61,756 nucleotides of DNA, filler included, from Chiloscyllium plagiosum (GCF_004010195.1; 3 parts of one record of this genome joined end to end with filler, not necessarily neighbours in it), one strand, 5' to 3'. Counted from the whole stretch's first letter, positions 10,989-22,984 are shown. Notes: a model not told the origin generated them from the letters alone. Numbers and translations are program-made.

Positions 10989-12569
10989 GAGTCAAGTAGG
11001 CACTTGTAACTATGCCAGATTTGTGATATTGTATTAAAATATCAAATTATGTAACTTAAAGTAGAAATTACAAAATTATGGGAAAATAACAAATAATTCT
11101 CTGCCTGATTCTGTTCAATTTTTCCATAAGGAATGCTGTTGAAAAGCCACAGCCTCATAATAATCAGTGCATGTATGGCAGGGATAGTGCGTGGGTTTTC
11201 TTCATTTCTCTAGAGATTTTCTTTGTTCAGATGCAGTTCCTTTCACAAAACATGGCAGCAGGTTCTTTTATTACTAAACACTTAACTAGTAACACTAGCA
11301 TTTTGTAAACTAAGCTCAAAGCCCTGAACAAAGTGAAATACAATAGACACAAAGACCTTTACAATACAGTAAATGCTTACCTTTCTCACAAAAGCAGCAA
11401 TCCACAACATACAATCTCAGGCAGTTTTGTAATGTGGTTGTTTGAAAGCATTGTGGAAACTTCAACATGTTTCCTTTAAAATGGAATTTTATAAATTGCA
11501 CTTCTTTAAAACAAATGCAGCAGTAATTCAGATGAACATAGTGTGAAAGTATCAATGGGATTTGAACATTCAAAACCCCCCCCAACTGATCTGCAATGAA
11601 TCAATATCCTGGGGTTCCAAACCAGGTTCAAAAAATACAACACTTCACAGAAAACAGCACGGAATCAGAGCAATCATGTCATTACCAGCATGTTTGCTGA
11701 ACCCAAAGAATAAAAAGCTGGCAAGCTTCAGTACAACTCAAAAATTCCATTATTATCCGTAACAAGGCAACACTAGATCAGATTTTTTTTCTAAAACGCA
11801 TTAGCCAGTTGGTGAACTGCTCAGGTGGTCAGTTTTCTTCTCTGGACAGAAACTACCAAACACTCAAAAAGGTTAAGGAAACATAGAAATATATAAAGTA
11901 GAGCAGGAGTAGGCCATTCAGCCTTTCAAACTGATTCCACCATTCATTTTGATCACGGCTGACCATCCAACTGAAAATCTTGTTCCTGTTTTTCTCCCAT
12001 ACCCTTTGATTCCTTCAGCCCCAATTTCCTTTTTTGAAATCAATACAATGTTTTGGCTTCCACCATTTTCTATGGTGACAAATTCCAGAGGCTCACCACT
12101 CTCTGGGCGAAGACAATTATCCTTCAATCAGCACTAAATGGCTGACTCTGTTTCCTTAGACTGTGACCCCCTGGTTCTCGACTCCCCTGCCATTGGGAAC
12201 ATCCTTCCTGTATTTACTTAGTCTAGTCCAATTAGGATTTTATAGGTTTCTATACAAAGTGTTACTGGTTAAGTGTTCAGTATTGAAAAAAATCTGTTGC
12301 CTTTTTTGGTGTCAGGAACTATATTTGAACAAAGAATATCTCTAGAGGAATGAATAAAACCCACCCACCATCCCTGCCATACATGCCCAGCTAATTATGA
12401 ACACTGTAGCTTTTCAACAGCATTCCTTAGGGGGAAAAATTAAACAGAATCAAGCAGAGAGTTATTTGTTATTTTCCCATAATTTTGTAATTTCTACTTT
12501 AAGTTATGTTATTTGATACCTTAACATGAAATCACAAGTCTGGCATCGTTATAAGTGCCCACTTGATTC
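10989..12569. repeat. Inverted duplication, arms 10989-11296 and 12258-12569
   Basis: Arms are reverse complements over about 310 bp, including a 45-nt perfect stretch taacttaaagtagaaattacaaaattatgggaaaataacaaataa. Confidence 0.92.
11381..11452 (-). pseudogene. Possible decayed 72-nt leucine-rich-repeat exon
   Basis: Reads MLSNNHITKLPEIVCCGLLLL*E; phase 2-2, 72 nt; strong donor AAG|gtaagc; acceptor position reads ttccac rather than ttccag. Confidence 0.3.
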
Positions 12570-12662
12570 CCTCCTTGTTCTTCTGAATTCCAGCGAATAT
12601 ACCATTAAAAATGATTTAGACTCTCCTCCTATGTCGGTGCTGCCATTTTAGGAATCAGTCTG
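11876..12662 (-). mobile_element. CR1 3' fragment interrupted at about 12254-12565 by the right arm of the inverted duplication
   Basis: CR1 3'UTR from acatagaaat...aggccattcagcc to ttttataggtttctat, resuming at ttccctccttgttcttctgaattcc. Confidence 0.8.
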
Positions 12663-12839
12663 AAAAAAATCATATGCATTCTTTAAGACCCATTCAGATA
12701 AGTTTACTGTGTGACTCTGTAAAGTATATCTGAGCTCTGTCACTGATGTTTCAATCTGCCCCACCTGTATCATATTAGTATGTCATATGGGCTGAATGGC
12801 CTCCTTCTGAACTGCGATTGTAAGAATTCAGTGATTTTT

Positions 12840-14600
12840 GTGCTATCTTAAGGAAAATCCTACTGTGTTGTATACATACATAAGGAGCAAGCGAGTTGCT
12901 AGGGAAAAAGCAGGTCCACTCAAGGGAGAAGGTGGTAATTTATCCTTGGAGCCAAAGAATGTGGGTGATATCCTTAACAAATACTTTAGATCAGTATTCA
13001 CAAAAAAGGACATGGTGAATCTGGGGAGGGATATGTTGATTTTCTTGTGCATGTCAGTATGAAAAAGGAGGAAGTGTTGGGTGTTTTGAAATGCATTAGC
13101 TAAACAAGTACCCAGTACCTGATGGGTCTACTTCAGAATGCTGAGGAGACAGGTAGGAAAATTGCTGGGGCCTTGTATGAAATATTTGTATCCTCTTTAG
13201 TCACAGGCAATGTGCCAGAGAACTGGAGAATAGCCAATGTTGTTCCTTTGTTAAAGAAGGGCAACAGGAATAATCCAGGAGATTCTTAGTGAGCTTTATG
13301 TCAATGGTAGGGAAATTATTGGAGAAAATTCTTAGGAAAAATATGAACTTATTAGCAATTGGCAGCTTGGTTTTGTGCAGGGAACGTCATGTCTTACAAA
13401 CTTGCATGAGTTTTTTGAGGAAGTGACAAGGATGATTGATGAGGGCAGGGCGGCAGATAGTACTTTTATGGACTTTATCAAGGTCTTTGATAAGGTCACC
13501 CATAAAACGCTGATACAAAAGGCGAAGTCACATGGGATGTGCAGTGAACTGGTAAGATGGATACAGAACAAGCACAGTCAGAGACAACAGAGATTCACAC
13601 TGGAAGGTTGTTTGTCATGTTGGCAATCTGTGGCCAGTGGTATACTTCAGGGATCAATGTTGGGACCGTTGTTGCTTGCAATATAAAAAAGTGATTCGGA
13701 GGAGAAATTAGCTGGCCTGATTAGCAAGTTTGTGAATGAATCAAAGAGTGGGAGAGTTGCAGATAGTGAGGAGGATTGCCAGAGCATATAGCAGGAAGAC
13801 AGGCTGGAGAGTTGGGCAGAGAATTGGCAGCTAGACTTTAATCTGGACAAATGGGAGATGATGCATTTTAGGAGATCTAATGCAGGAGGGAAGAATATCG
13901 TAAATGGTAGAACTTTTAATATCATCGACATACAGAGTAATCCAGACATGCAGCTCTATGGTTCCCTGAAAGTGTCAAACAAGTGGATAAGATGGTCAAG
14001 AGCAATCTAGCTGGCTTGCCTTCATCGATCAGGGCATAGAGTATAAAAATTAGCAAGTTGTATTAGAACGTTAACTAGACCACATTTGGACTATCATGTA
14101 CAGTTTTGGTTGCCGTCCTACCAGAAGCATGTAGAGGCTTTGACAAGGGTACAGAATAGATTACCATCCTGTTGCCTGGTTTGGACGGTATTAATTATGA
14201 GAAAGGATTGTACAAACTTGGTTTGATTTCACTTGAATGTCAAAGGATGAGGGGTGACCTCATAGAAGTTCACAAAGTTATGAACGGCATGGATAAAATG
14301 AATAGTTGCAGCGCAGAAATGTCAATAACTAGAGGGCATAGATTTAAGGTAAAAAGGAGAAGGTTCAAAGGAGATGTGAAAGGAACATTTTTTACACAGA
14401 GGATAGTAGGTGTGCTGCCAGAGGAGATGATAGAAAAGGATACAGTAGCAATATTTAATATATGAATGGGCAAGAAATAAAGGGGAGGCAAAAGGCTTTT
14501 AGTTTATAAAGGCATCATACATTGGCACAATCTTGATAGGCCAAAGGGCCTGCTCCTGTGCTGCACTCTTTGTTCTTACTATTTGTTCTTTCTTTGTTCA
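12840..14600 (+). mobile_element. 5'-truncated CR1 (RT region to 3' tail)
   Basis: KENP...YIRSKR, SCLTNLHEFFEEVT, FDKVTH, QGSMLGPLL, RMRGDLIEV; gttcttt-type tail. Confidence 0.9.
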
Positions 14601-14859
14601 GATGGATAATGCAACAACTTAGGAAAAATATCCTTTAAAAATCTATGTTATCATATCACCAAACCCAGTGAAGCATTGAGTCTGATTTGCACAGGAGAAT
14701 AGGGTATGAGCAGATTCAGCAAATATTTCAGCACCTGAACTTAAAACAGGAGGGCCAAGTTCGTGTAGCACTGCAAACCCCAACTGGAAACTGCTCAATT
14801 TCATACTCATCCATGAGATGGGGGTACAGGATGTTCAGCTCTGTAGGACATTGGCAAAA

Positions 14860-15860
14860 TGACATCCCAACTCCTATACTCAATGTACTGAGCAATGAAA
14901 ACAAGATTGCCAAATTCCTTCTTCATCACCCTTTCTGCCTGCGACTCCACTTTCAAGGAACTATGAACCTGCACCCAAGGTCTTTTTGTTCAGCTACACT
15001 CTCCATGACCCTACTATTAAGTCTATAAGATTTGCCTTGATTCGCCCTATCAAACTTTAACACCTCACATTTATCGAAATTCAATCTGCCACTCCTTGGC
15101 CTATGGGCCAATCTGATCAAGATCCCATTGTATTCTGAGCTAACCTCCTTCACTGTCCACTACATCACTAATTTTGGTATCATCTACAAAATTACTAACC
15201 ATTCCTCCTATATTCACACCCAAAACATTAATATAAATGATGAAACGCAGTTGACTCAGCACCGATCCTGTAGCATACTGCTGGCCACAGGTCTCTATCC
15301 CAAAAGCAACCATTCACCACCATCTTTCACTTTTGGAATACTGCTTTCAATTCTGATCTCCCTGCAATAGGAAAGATCTTGTTAAACTTGAACGGGTACA
15401 GAAAAGATTTACAAGGATGTTGCTGGAGTTGGAAGGTTTCAGCTATAGGGAGAGGCTGAATAGGTTGGGGTTATTTTTCCTGGAGCGTCAGAGGCTGAAG
15501 GAGGCTTATGAGGAGCATGGCTAGGATGAACTGCCAAGGTCTTTTTCTCCCTGAGTCGGGGAGCCCAAAGCTAGAGGGCAAACGTTTATGATGAGATGGT
15601 AAAGATTTAAAAGCAGCCTAAGGGGTAATTTTTTCAATCAGAGAGTAATGTGCGTATGGAATGATCTGCCAGAGGAAGTAGTGAAGCCAGGTATGATTAC
15701 AACATTTAAAAGGTATCTGGATGAAACATGAATAGAATGAATTTAAAGTGATATGGGCCAAATGCTGGTAAGTGGGACCATGTCACTTTAAGATATCTGG
15801 TCAGCACGGATGAGTTAGACCAAAGGGTTTGTTTCTGTGCTGTACAACTCTATGACTCTA
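14860..15860. mobile_element. CR1 with inverted 5' part (14860-15330 minus, 15335-15860 plus)
   Basis: Minus part encodes FDKCEVL...VAEQKDLG; plus part runs from LEYC to the ctctatga tail. Confidence 0.75.
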
Positions 15861-16276
15861 AATAAAGACCACACCTTCTATTGTAATTTTAGGCTGGTTC
15901 TGCCTATATCTTTACAGACCAACTTGTAGGTCGATGTCAACTATGGCATTGAACAAAGGCATATAACTCAAACTGTGCCTTAAATCACTCAAGTTATTGC
16001 TATTCATGATACGCTCAGTCACTAATTTTTGAAGGGTGAGATGCCTGGACAGGAATGTGGGCTTCTTATTCATAGTTCTCTCTTCATGTAGCATACTGAA
16101 GTTGGACTAAAAAAAAAACCCTTGAAGATAAAACTTCAAGAGCTCTATAACCTGTAGATTGAGAATTTGTGAAATAGATTGTCACTGAATTTTGCCCAAG
16201 GTCCATTTGGTGACAGTGGTCCCATGCCCCATTATAAACTGCAATACAGACCATTCATTTATTTCCTTCCAAATTG

Positions 16277-16386
16277 TTATTCTGAAGCTGGTGTTGCAGG
16301 GGTTTTTGTGGACTCAGGTGACTTTGTGAATGACAAATCATTTGTGGACAATTTTGTGCCAAGAATTGCACCCAAACAAAGTAAAT
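16277..16386 (-). CDS. Candidate terminal coding exon of an unidentified minus-strand gene
   Basis: Acceptor tcatctattcatttccctacag; phase-1 frame xLLCLGAILGTKLSTNDLSFTKSPESTKTPATPASE*; AATAAA at 16258-16263 just after the stop; a phase-0 frame is also open to 16255. Confidence 0.45.
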
Positions 16387-16569
16387 CTGTAGGGAAATGA
16401 ATAGATGACAGACAATGCCAGTTATAATTCTCCACACCAGCCTATCCTACATTACTCTATTTCCCCTACCAAAATATCCTTCTATGTTGTTCTGCATCAT
16501 GTATCCTCTGGCTTTGCTTAATACAAGAATGTCGTTTGCTTCTCCTGCTCCATGTTGCTTCTTATCTAA

Positions 16570-17300
16570 TGACATCAGGATATAGGCATCATTGGTAAGG
16601 CCAGAATTTATTACTCATTCTTAATTACTCTGGAGAAGTGCAATCCAAGTGGTGTGGGTAACCCACAATGCTGTTAAGTAGGAAGTTCCAGATTTTCATC
16701 CAACTACAATGAAGGAAAAGTGATATCGTTCCAAGTCTTGATAATATGGTACAGCTTAGAGAGATTTTGCACGTGGCAGTATTCCCATGTATTTACCATC
16801 CTTGTCCTCGACATGGCAGAGTTGACGGGTTTGGAAGGTACTGACAAATGCACCTTGCATGTTGCTGCAATGAACGTTGGAGATGATACACAGCAACAAT
16901 AATGTATTGTTGGTAGAAGGAGTGAATATTTAAGGTCATGGATGATATACCAATCAGGCAGCTGCTTTGCGTTGAACGATGTTGAGTTTCTTGAGTGTCA
17001 TTGGAACTGCACTCATTCAGGAACCTGGGGAATATTTCATCATATTCCTGCCTTGTAGAGGGCAGACAGGCTGTCAGGAGACAGAGGGTAAGCACAGCAC
17101 AATTCCTAGCTTTTGACCTGCTCTTGTATTAAGATATATTTATCCAGTTTATTTTACAGTTGGTGGCAATCTTCAAGATTTGGGTTATTCAGCCATGGAA
17201 ATGTCACTGAATGTCAAAAGAAGATGGCTGTATTCTCTTTTATTGGAAGTGGTCATTGTTTGGCAGTTATACAGCATCAATATTCCCTGTCACCTATCAG
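16570..17300 (-). mobile_element. Degraded 3' part of LINE family B
   Basis: Reverse-complement similarity to 42500-43255. Confidence 0.65.
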
Positions 17301-17978
17301 CTCAAGTCTATACTTAGGGGCCTCCAGCAATATCTGTTTGCTCCTTTATGACTACCAGTGGTCAGTCATGCCCTCACTCTCTCTCTCTCTCTCTCTCTAT
17401 ACATTATACAGCGGAGTGATCACATATAAAGTCCATTGAACTCTCAACCTTTCAGATGCACCACATTGATGAAAACTGCAAACATTTACAAACCATGGAG
17501 TTCAACTGCACAAGTGATTGTCTGAGATGAAGGAAGCCTCCTGGAGTTTCCACATAGTACAGGATGTGCACTCTTGAATTGGAACAACACTGCTATTTCT
17601 TTGGTCATGAATCTCCTTTATATGTGCTGGCATCATATGATGTTTTATAAACCTCCTGTGAAATGCCTTGTGATGTTTAGTTATGTTACATAAAAACTAA
17701 ACTGCATTTATTGTGTTGCGTATCTTTTATTTTAGTCCTTTGTAGGCTATTGTTAGATATTGTTTGCAATGGTTAGTTAACAACTGCTTTGCCATTTTGG
17801 GATGATCTTCATTATTACAAAAATGCATATAAGAGATACCTTTTCTCCCCTTTAGAAATTGACATGTTTCCACTGTAGGTTACTCTCATATAGGTAGACA
17901 TTTGAATCATTATTTCAAGGTGCTGTGGATATGCTTAGTAAATGATCCAATAGGTTAGTTATGCCTTGTATCCTGAAC

Positions 17979-18971
17979 ATCATTAGACTTATTGAATGTA
18001 CCCAAGGAATTGACATGGCGTTGTGCAGTACTGAGTAAAGGCACATCTTTCCCCCTGACTTTAATATGTAAGGACAAATCTAAGTACATAGAGCATAACA
18101 ATAAGCCTAAATAAATTTGTAAACGTATTGAACTCAGGGAAAGGTGCTGGAGAAGGTGACCTTTGATTCTGAGGATGCATCTTTCCAGTATCTTTTAGCC
18201 TTCCAATAAGCTTAGCATTAATACAATGGTGGTATGTCAGAGGTGCATGCCTCTAGAGCATTCTGACCCTTCTGGCAGCTTCCCGGCTCCTGCTCATCAT
18301 CCACCATCAAATCAAGTTCCAGCAGGACTGAAATTAATCCCCTTGTCATCAGCTCTCTGTCTGCACAAACTTTGTGAAACAGTTGCTACTGATTTTTTCA
18401 TTCCAGACATGCGAGAACCTGCTTCACACCAGTGCCTTTTTCATTTGGGTGAGATTAGGTAGCCCGCACACATGGAAAACAAACATGAGAAAAAGTAATT
18501 TATTTCATCAGATTTGATTGCTCTTACTCTTCTCAACATACTGTTGCAGTTTGAATCATTCTAATGTACTTGATATATTTTTGTTCTGATCAAGTCATGT
18601 TCTTATTTCATTCATGATGCTTTGAGCAAAAATTGCCTTCCGAATATCTGATTTAAAATTTATTTTTGACTAACTTAAATTTATATTGGGACGTCCAACA
18701 CTCTATTTATGAAATATGGTTTATGTCAGCTGTAACATTTAAGATCCTATTTAGGTCAGAGATGTGTCCCTTGAATTAATTTCCTTCTAGATTTGTACAG
18801 AAAACCTATCCCTGAGTTCAAATACGTTTACAAATTTATTTAGGCTTATTATTCTGCTCTATGTACTTAGATTTGGCCTTACATCTTAAAGTGAGGGGGA
18901 AAGATGTGCTTTTACTCAGTACTGCACAACGCTACATCACTTCCTTGGGTGCATTCACTATGTCTGCATGA
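17979..18971. repeat. Inverted duplication, arms 17979-18145 and 18804-18971
   Basis: Arms are reverse complements over about 165 bp, including a 30-nt perfect stretch aataagcctaaataaatttgtaaacgtatt. Confidence 0.92.
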
Positions 18972-19429
18972 CCTTGTGTACCTTATTGTAATCAGTGAAG
19001 GAAGTTGTGAGATGTTGATTCCTTCAAGGCTGATGGATGAGATTAGCAATTTTCCTGCTGTTTTTGAGATTAGCAATTTTCCTGCCTTTTTTTCATTTGA
19101 TGTGGGAGTCACTGGCAAAACCAACATTTTTTTACTTATCCCCAATTGTTAAAGGGCAATTGCATGGCAATTGCATGGAATTACATGTAGGATGATAGAT
19201 TTCTTTGCTGAAACGGCAATGGTGGACCAGATGGGTTTTTATAACAATCAAAAGTGGCTACCTGGTGGCCATTAGCATTTTTAATATTCCAGACTTTAAT
19301 TATTGAATTCAAATTACACCAACTGTAATGATGGGTTTTGAACCCATGCCCCAGAACATTAGTCTGGGGTTCTGCATTACAAATTACATTCCAAAAATGT
19401 CACTACCTCCCCAAAAGTCCAACTGTTAT

Positions 19430-19570
19430 GTGGAGGTGCTGGTGTTGGACTGGGGTGGACAAGGTCAGATGTCAGATGACACCAGGTTATACTCTGAAAT
19501 CACAAGCTTTCGGAGCCCTGCCCCTTTGTCACCTGATGAAGGACCCATTCTCTGAAAGCTTCTGATTTTG
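19430..19570. mobile_element. Short Penelope-derived fragment
   Basis: gtgttggactggggtggacaagg...acaccaggttata...cctgatgaagg...gaaagct, same family as 19731-20332. Confidence 0.65.
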
Positions 19571-19730
19571 AAGGTTCTAACTGGAAGAGTCTTGTTGAGT
19601 AAACAGTGTGAGATTTATAGTATTACTGCAACAATTTACAGGTTATCTGAGTATATTCTACATTACTGGAGACTGTTACGAGTACATTGACCCCAAATCG
19701 GTGTTGAACAACCCTTCTTTAGTCTTGACT

Positions 19731-20332
19731 TGGTGGTGCCAGTGTTGGACTGGACTGGACAAGGTAAAAAATCACACAACACCAGGTTATAGTCCAACAG
19801 GTTTATTTGGAAGCACGAGCCTTCGGAGCTCCTTCATCAGGTGGTTGTGGAGGTTAAGATAAGGCTCACAGAATTTATAGCCAAAGGAGTTCACTGTCAT
19901 GGAGATGTGATACAATAAATAATCTTAGATTAAAACTTTCATCTTTTATAATGGGATATGCTAATTTCTATTCTTTGATATGTCAATCCCAGAAATTCTT
20001 TTAAATTACATTCTCAAGTTCGCTCATCTTTTTAAACAATAGGTGTGCAGTCTGTCTGTGTCCCAATGCTATGTCAGACTAACAAACCCTCTGTATAGTT
20101 TTACAGAGTTTTACATGGAATCATGCAGTTTTTGAGCAAAATAAAATGTAATTCTGCAAAAACAAATTCACCCCATATGTGTGCTTATATGTGTGCGCAT
20201 CTAGAAGTGATAGATTGAGTGTGTGAGCCTGATCTTAACCTCCACAACCCCCTAATGAAGGAGCAGTGCTCCGAAAGCTAGTACTTCCAAACAAATCTGT
20301 TGGTATATAACCTGGTGTTGTGTGAGTTTGAA
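19731..20332. mobile_element. Penelope-like element remnant with inverted pseudo-LTR ends
   Basis: Inverted repeat about 19765-19870 versus 20222-20332; flanking duplication cttctttagtct(t)gact at 19714-19730 and 20333-20348; hammerhead-like ctaatgaaggagcagtgctccgaaa. Confidence 0.8.
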
Positions 20333-21158
20333 CTTCTTTAGTCTGACTGAGTCCCATAACATCATCACAGTGGGTGGTGCTTACTGCGCTGAATCAATTG
20401 TTTATCATTTTGATCCTTTCAGTACCATATTCAACAAAAGTCAATTGAACTATGTGATTAACAGTCTCTGGTGCCAACAGCTCCCAAGGAATTAAGATAG
20501 TCCACATGGAACTATTTGAAGGGGCACTTTACCATTCTGATTTTCATCTTCAATGTTTATTAATGTATTATAAGGCCTTCCCATCTCCTTTATGTACATG
20601 TATTCTCTGGAAACATGGCAAGACACAAGCTGATGCAATTTATGCTTGACCCTGACAAAGAAACTGGGATCAAAAAGATGACACTTAACTTGATTGTCTG
20701 TGATGGGTGCCAATGTTGCTATGAATCTTAGCTGTAGGATATTGTTGAGTAATGTGGAATAAACTATACAGACCAGCAACTCTTCAGGGTGTCAACACTT
20801 TCATCATTTCACTTTTTCAATGAGCCCGCTTTAAAACAGTGATTAACAGCATCATATATCCAACTTTCACAGGGGAACCTAGGCTCAGACCACCAAGACA
20901 ATGCCCCATTTTAAGCCATGAATCTATTTGATCACTTTTATAATGATTGGGTTTAGGTTAAGTAAAGGATTGATTTTAAAATAATCATCCCTGCTTTTAA
21001 TCTCTCAGTGGTGTCATTTTATCTACCTCTGTAATTTGACAATAAAAACTGAAAGAAATCTGGATACTGTAAATCAAAAACAAACACAGAAGTTGCTGGA
21101 AAAGCGCAACAGGTCTGGCAGCATTTGTGACGAGAAATCAAAGTTAACAGAAGGGATC

Positions 21159-21969
21159 AGCAAGGCATTCGATAAGGTTCCCCACAGTAGGCTATTATAC
21201 AAAATGCAGAGGAATGGGATTGTGAGGATATAGCAGTTTGGATCAGTAATTGGCTTGCTGAAAGAAGACAGAGGGTGGTGGTTGATGGGAAATGTTCATC
21301 TTGGAGCCCAGTTACTCGTGGTGTACCGCAAGGGTCGGTGTTGGGTCCACTGCTGTTCATTTTTATAAACAACCTAGATGAGGGCGTAGGAGAGTGAGTT
21401 AGTAAATTTGCAGACTACACTAAGGTCAGTGGAGTTGTGGATAGTGACGAAGGATGTTGTAGGTTACAGAGAGACATAGNNNNNNNNNNNNNNNNNNNNN
21501 NNNNNNNNNNNNNNNNNNNNNNNNNNNNNNNNNNNNNNNNNNNNNNNNNNNNNNNNNNNNNNNNNNNNNNNNNNNNNNNNNNNNNNNNNNNNNNNNNNNN
21601 NNNNNNNNNNNNNNTGACTTAATAGAGACATATAAGATAATCAGAGGGTTAATAGGGTGGACAGGGAGAGCCTTTTTCCAAGTATGTTGACGGCGAGCAC
21701 GAAGGGGTATAGTTTTAAATTGAGGGGTGATAGATATAGGACAGATGTCAGAGGTAGTTTCTTTACTCAGAGACTAGTAAAGGTATGGAATGCTTTGCCT
21801 GCAATGGTAGTAGATGTGCCAACTTTAAGTGCATTTAAGTCATCATTGGACAAGCATATGGATGTAAATGGAATAGTGTAGGTTAGATGGGCTTTAGATT
21901 GGTATGACTGGTCGGCGCAACATCGAGGGCTGAAGGGCCTGTACTGTGCTGTAATGTTCTATGTTCTAT
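21159..21969 (+). mobile_element. 5'-truncated CR1 spanning an assembly gap
   Basis: [28 protein letters not shown]; (atgttct)n tail; same family as 3191-7321. Confidence 0.9.
21480..21614. other. Assembly gap (135 N)
   Basis: Run of N inside a CR1. Confidence 0.99.
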
Positions 21970-22466
21970 GGATCGGGGGAAGGGTCACCGGGCATGAAAT
22001 GTTAACTCTGATTTCTCTTCACCAATGCTGCCAGACTTGCTGAGCTTTTCTAGCAACTTCTATTTTTGTTTTTGTAAGTTGATATTTTGAGCATTCTTAA
22101 TTCAATAGCACTTCCATTGGAGGTTGTGCCTTCAGTTTTCATGGTCCTGAGCTCTGAGATTGCCTCCCTAAATTTCAATCTCACTACTTTACTAAAACAT
22201 ATCTTTTTGATGAACATTATGAACTCTTGGCCTAATACCTCCTGTGGTTGGATTTCAACTGTTGCCTGATAATACTCCTGTGAAGCACTTTTGGATGTTT
22301 CAGCATCTTAAAGGTGCTGTATAAATACAAATTGGTGTTTTTTTCAATCACAATCTAAATTGCTCAGCACTTTAGAGGCACAGACCAAACAAAATCATGA
22401 GATCTCCCTTATTTCAACATAGAAACATGAGAAATTGGGACAGAGTTGGCCTTTAAACCTCTCAAG

Positions 22467-22603
22467 GAGAAAGTGAGGGCTGCAGATGCTGGTGATCAAA
22501 GCTGAAAATGTGTTGCTGGAAAAGCGCAGCAGGTCAGGCAGCATCTAAGGAACAGGAGAATTGACGTTTCGGGCATAAGCCCTTCTTCAGGACCTCTGAA
22601 GCA
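22467..22603. mobile_element. Young Penelope-derived short insertion
   Basis: Perfect 16-bp TSD ctttaaacctctcaag at 22451-22466 and 22604-22619; near-identical to 61546-61671. Confidence 0.85.
22563..22591 (-). ncRNA. Minimal type I hammerhead ribozyme core
   Basis: Minus strand reads CUGAAGA-A-GGGC-UUAU-GCCC-GAAAC-GUC; stem I pairing is poor in this copy. Confidence 0.55.
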
Positions 22604-22984
22604 CTTTAAACCTCTCAAGCCTGTTTCAGTATTTAGGCATTCTTAACTTTGTCTAACCCTTTCAATTGTGATATCATCTCATGGGTTTATGCTATGCCCT
22701 TTCTGATGTATATTTCCTGAAGATCAGCTACCAAAGCACATGTTTGATTTAGTTTATTGTGACATTATGGTCAGAATTTAGTGCAAAGTATATGGGTGGT
22801 GTGGCGGAAGTGGAAGGAAGTGTAACTACCACTTCATTTCACACTTGGATGTACACAGCAATCACATGCTGACTGGCACATTAAGAGCTGACTAGTGTAA
22901 AGGACATCATCAGAAAAACCCTGAAAAGCTTGGCAGTGTCTTGGGGCAGAGCAAGATCAAAAAACAATGCCAAGAGGGTTAAAG

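Larger units (their letters stand above)
21039..22075. mobile_element. Penelope-derived inverted-repeat element with a CR1 inserted at its centre
   Basis: About 21075-21148 is the reverse complement of about 22000-22075; ggatc flanks the CR1 on both sides. Confidence 0.7.
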
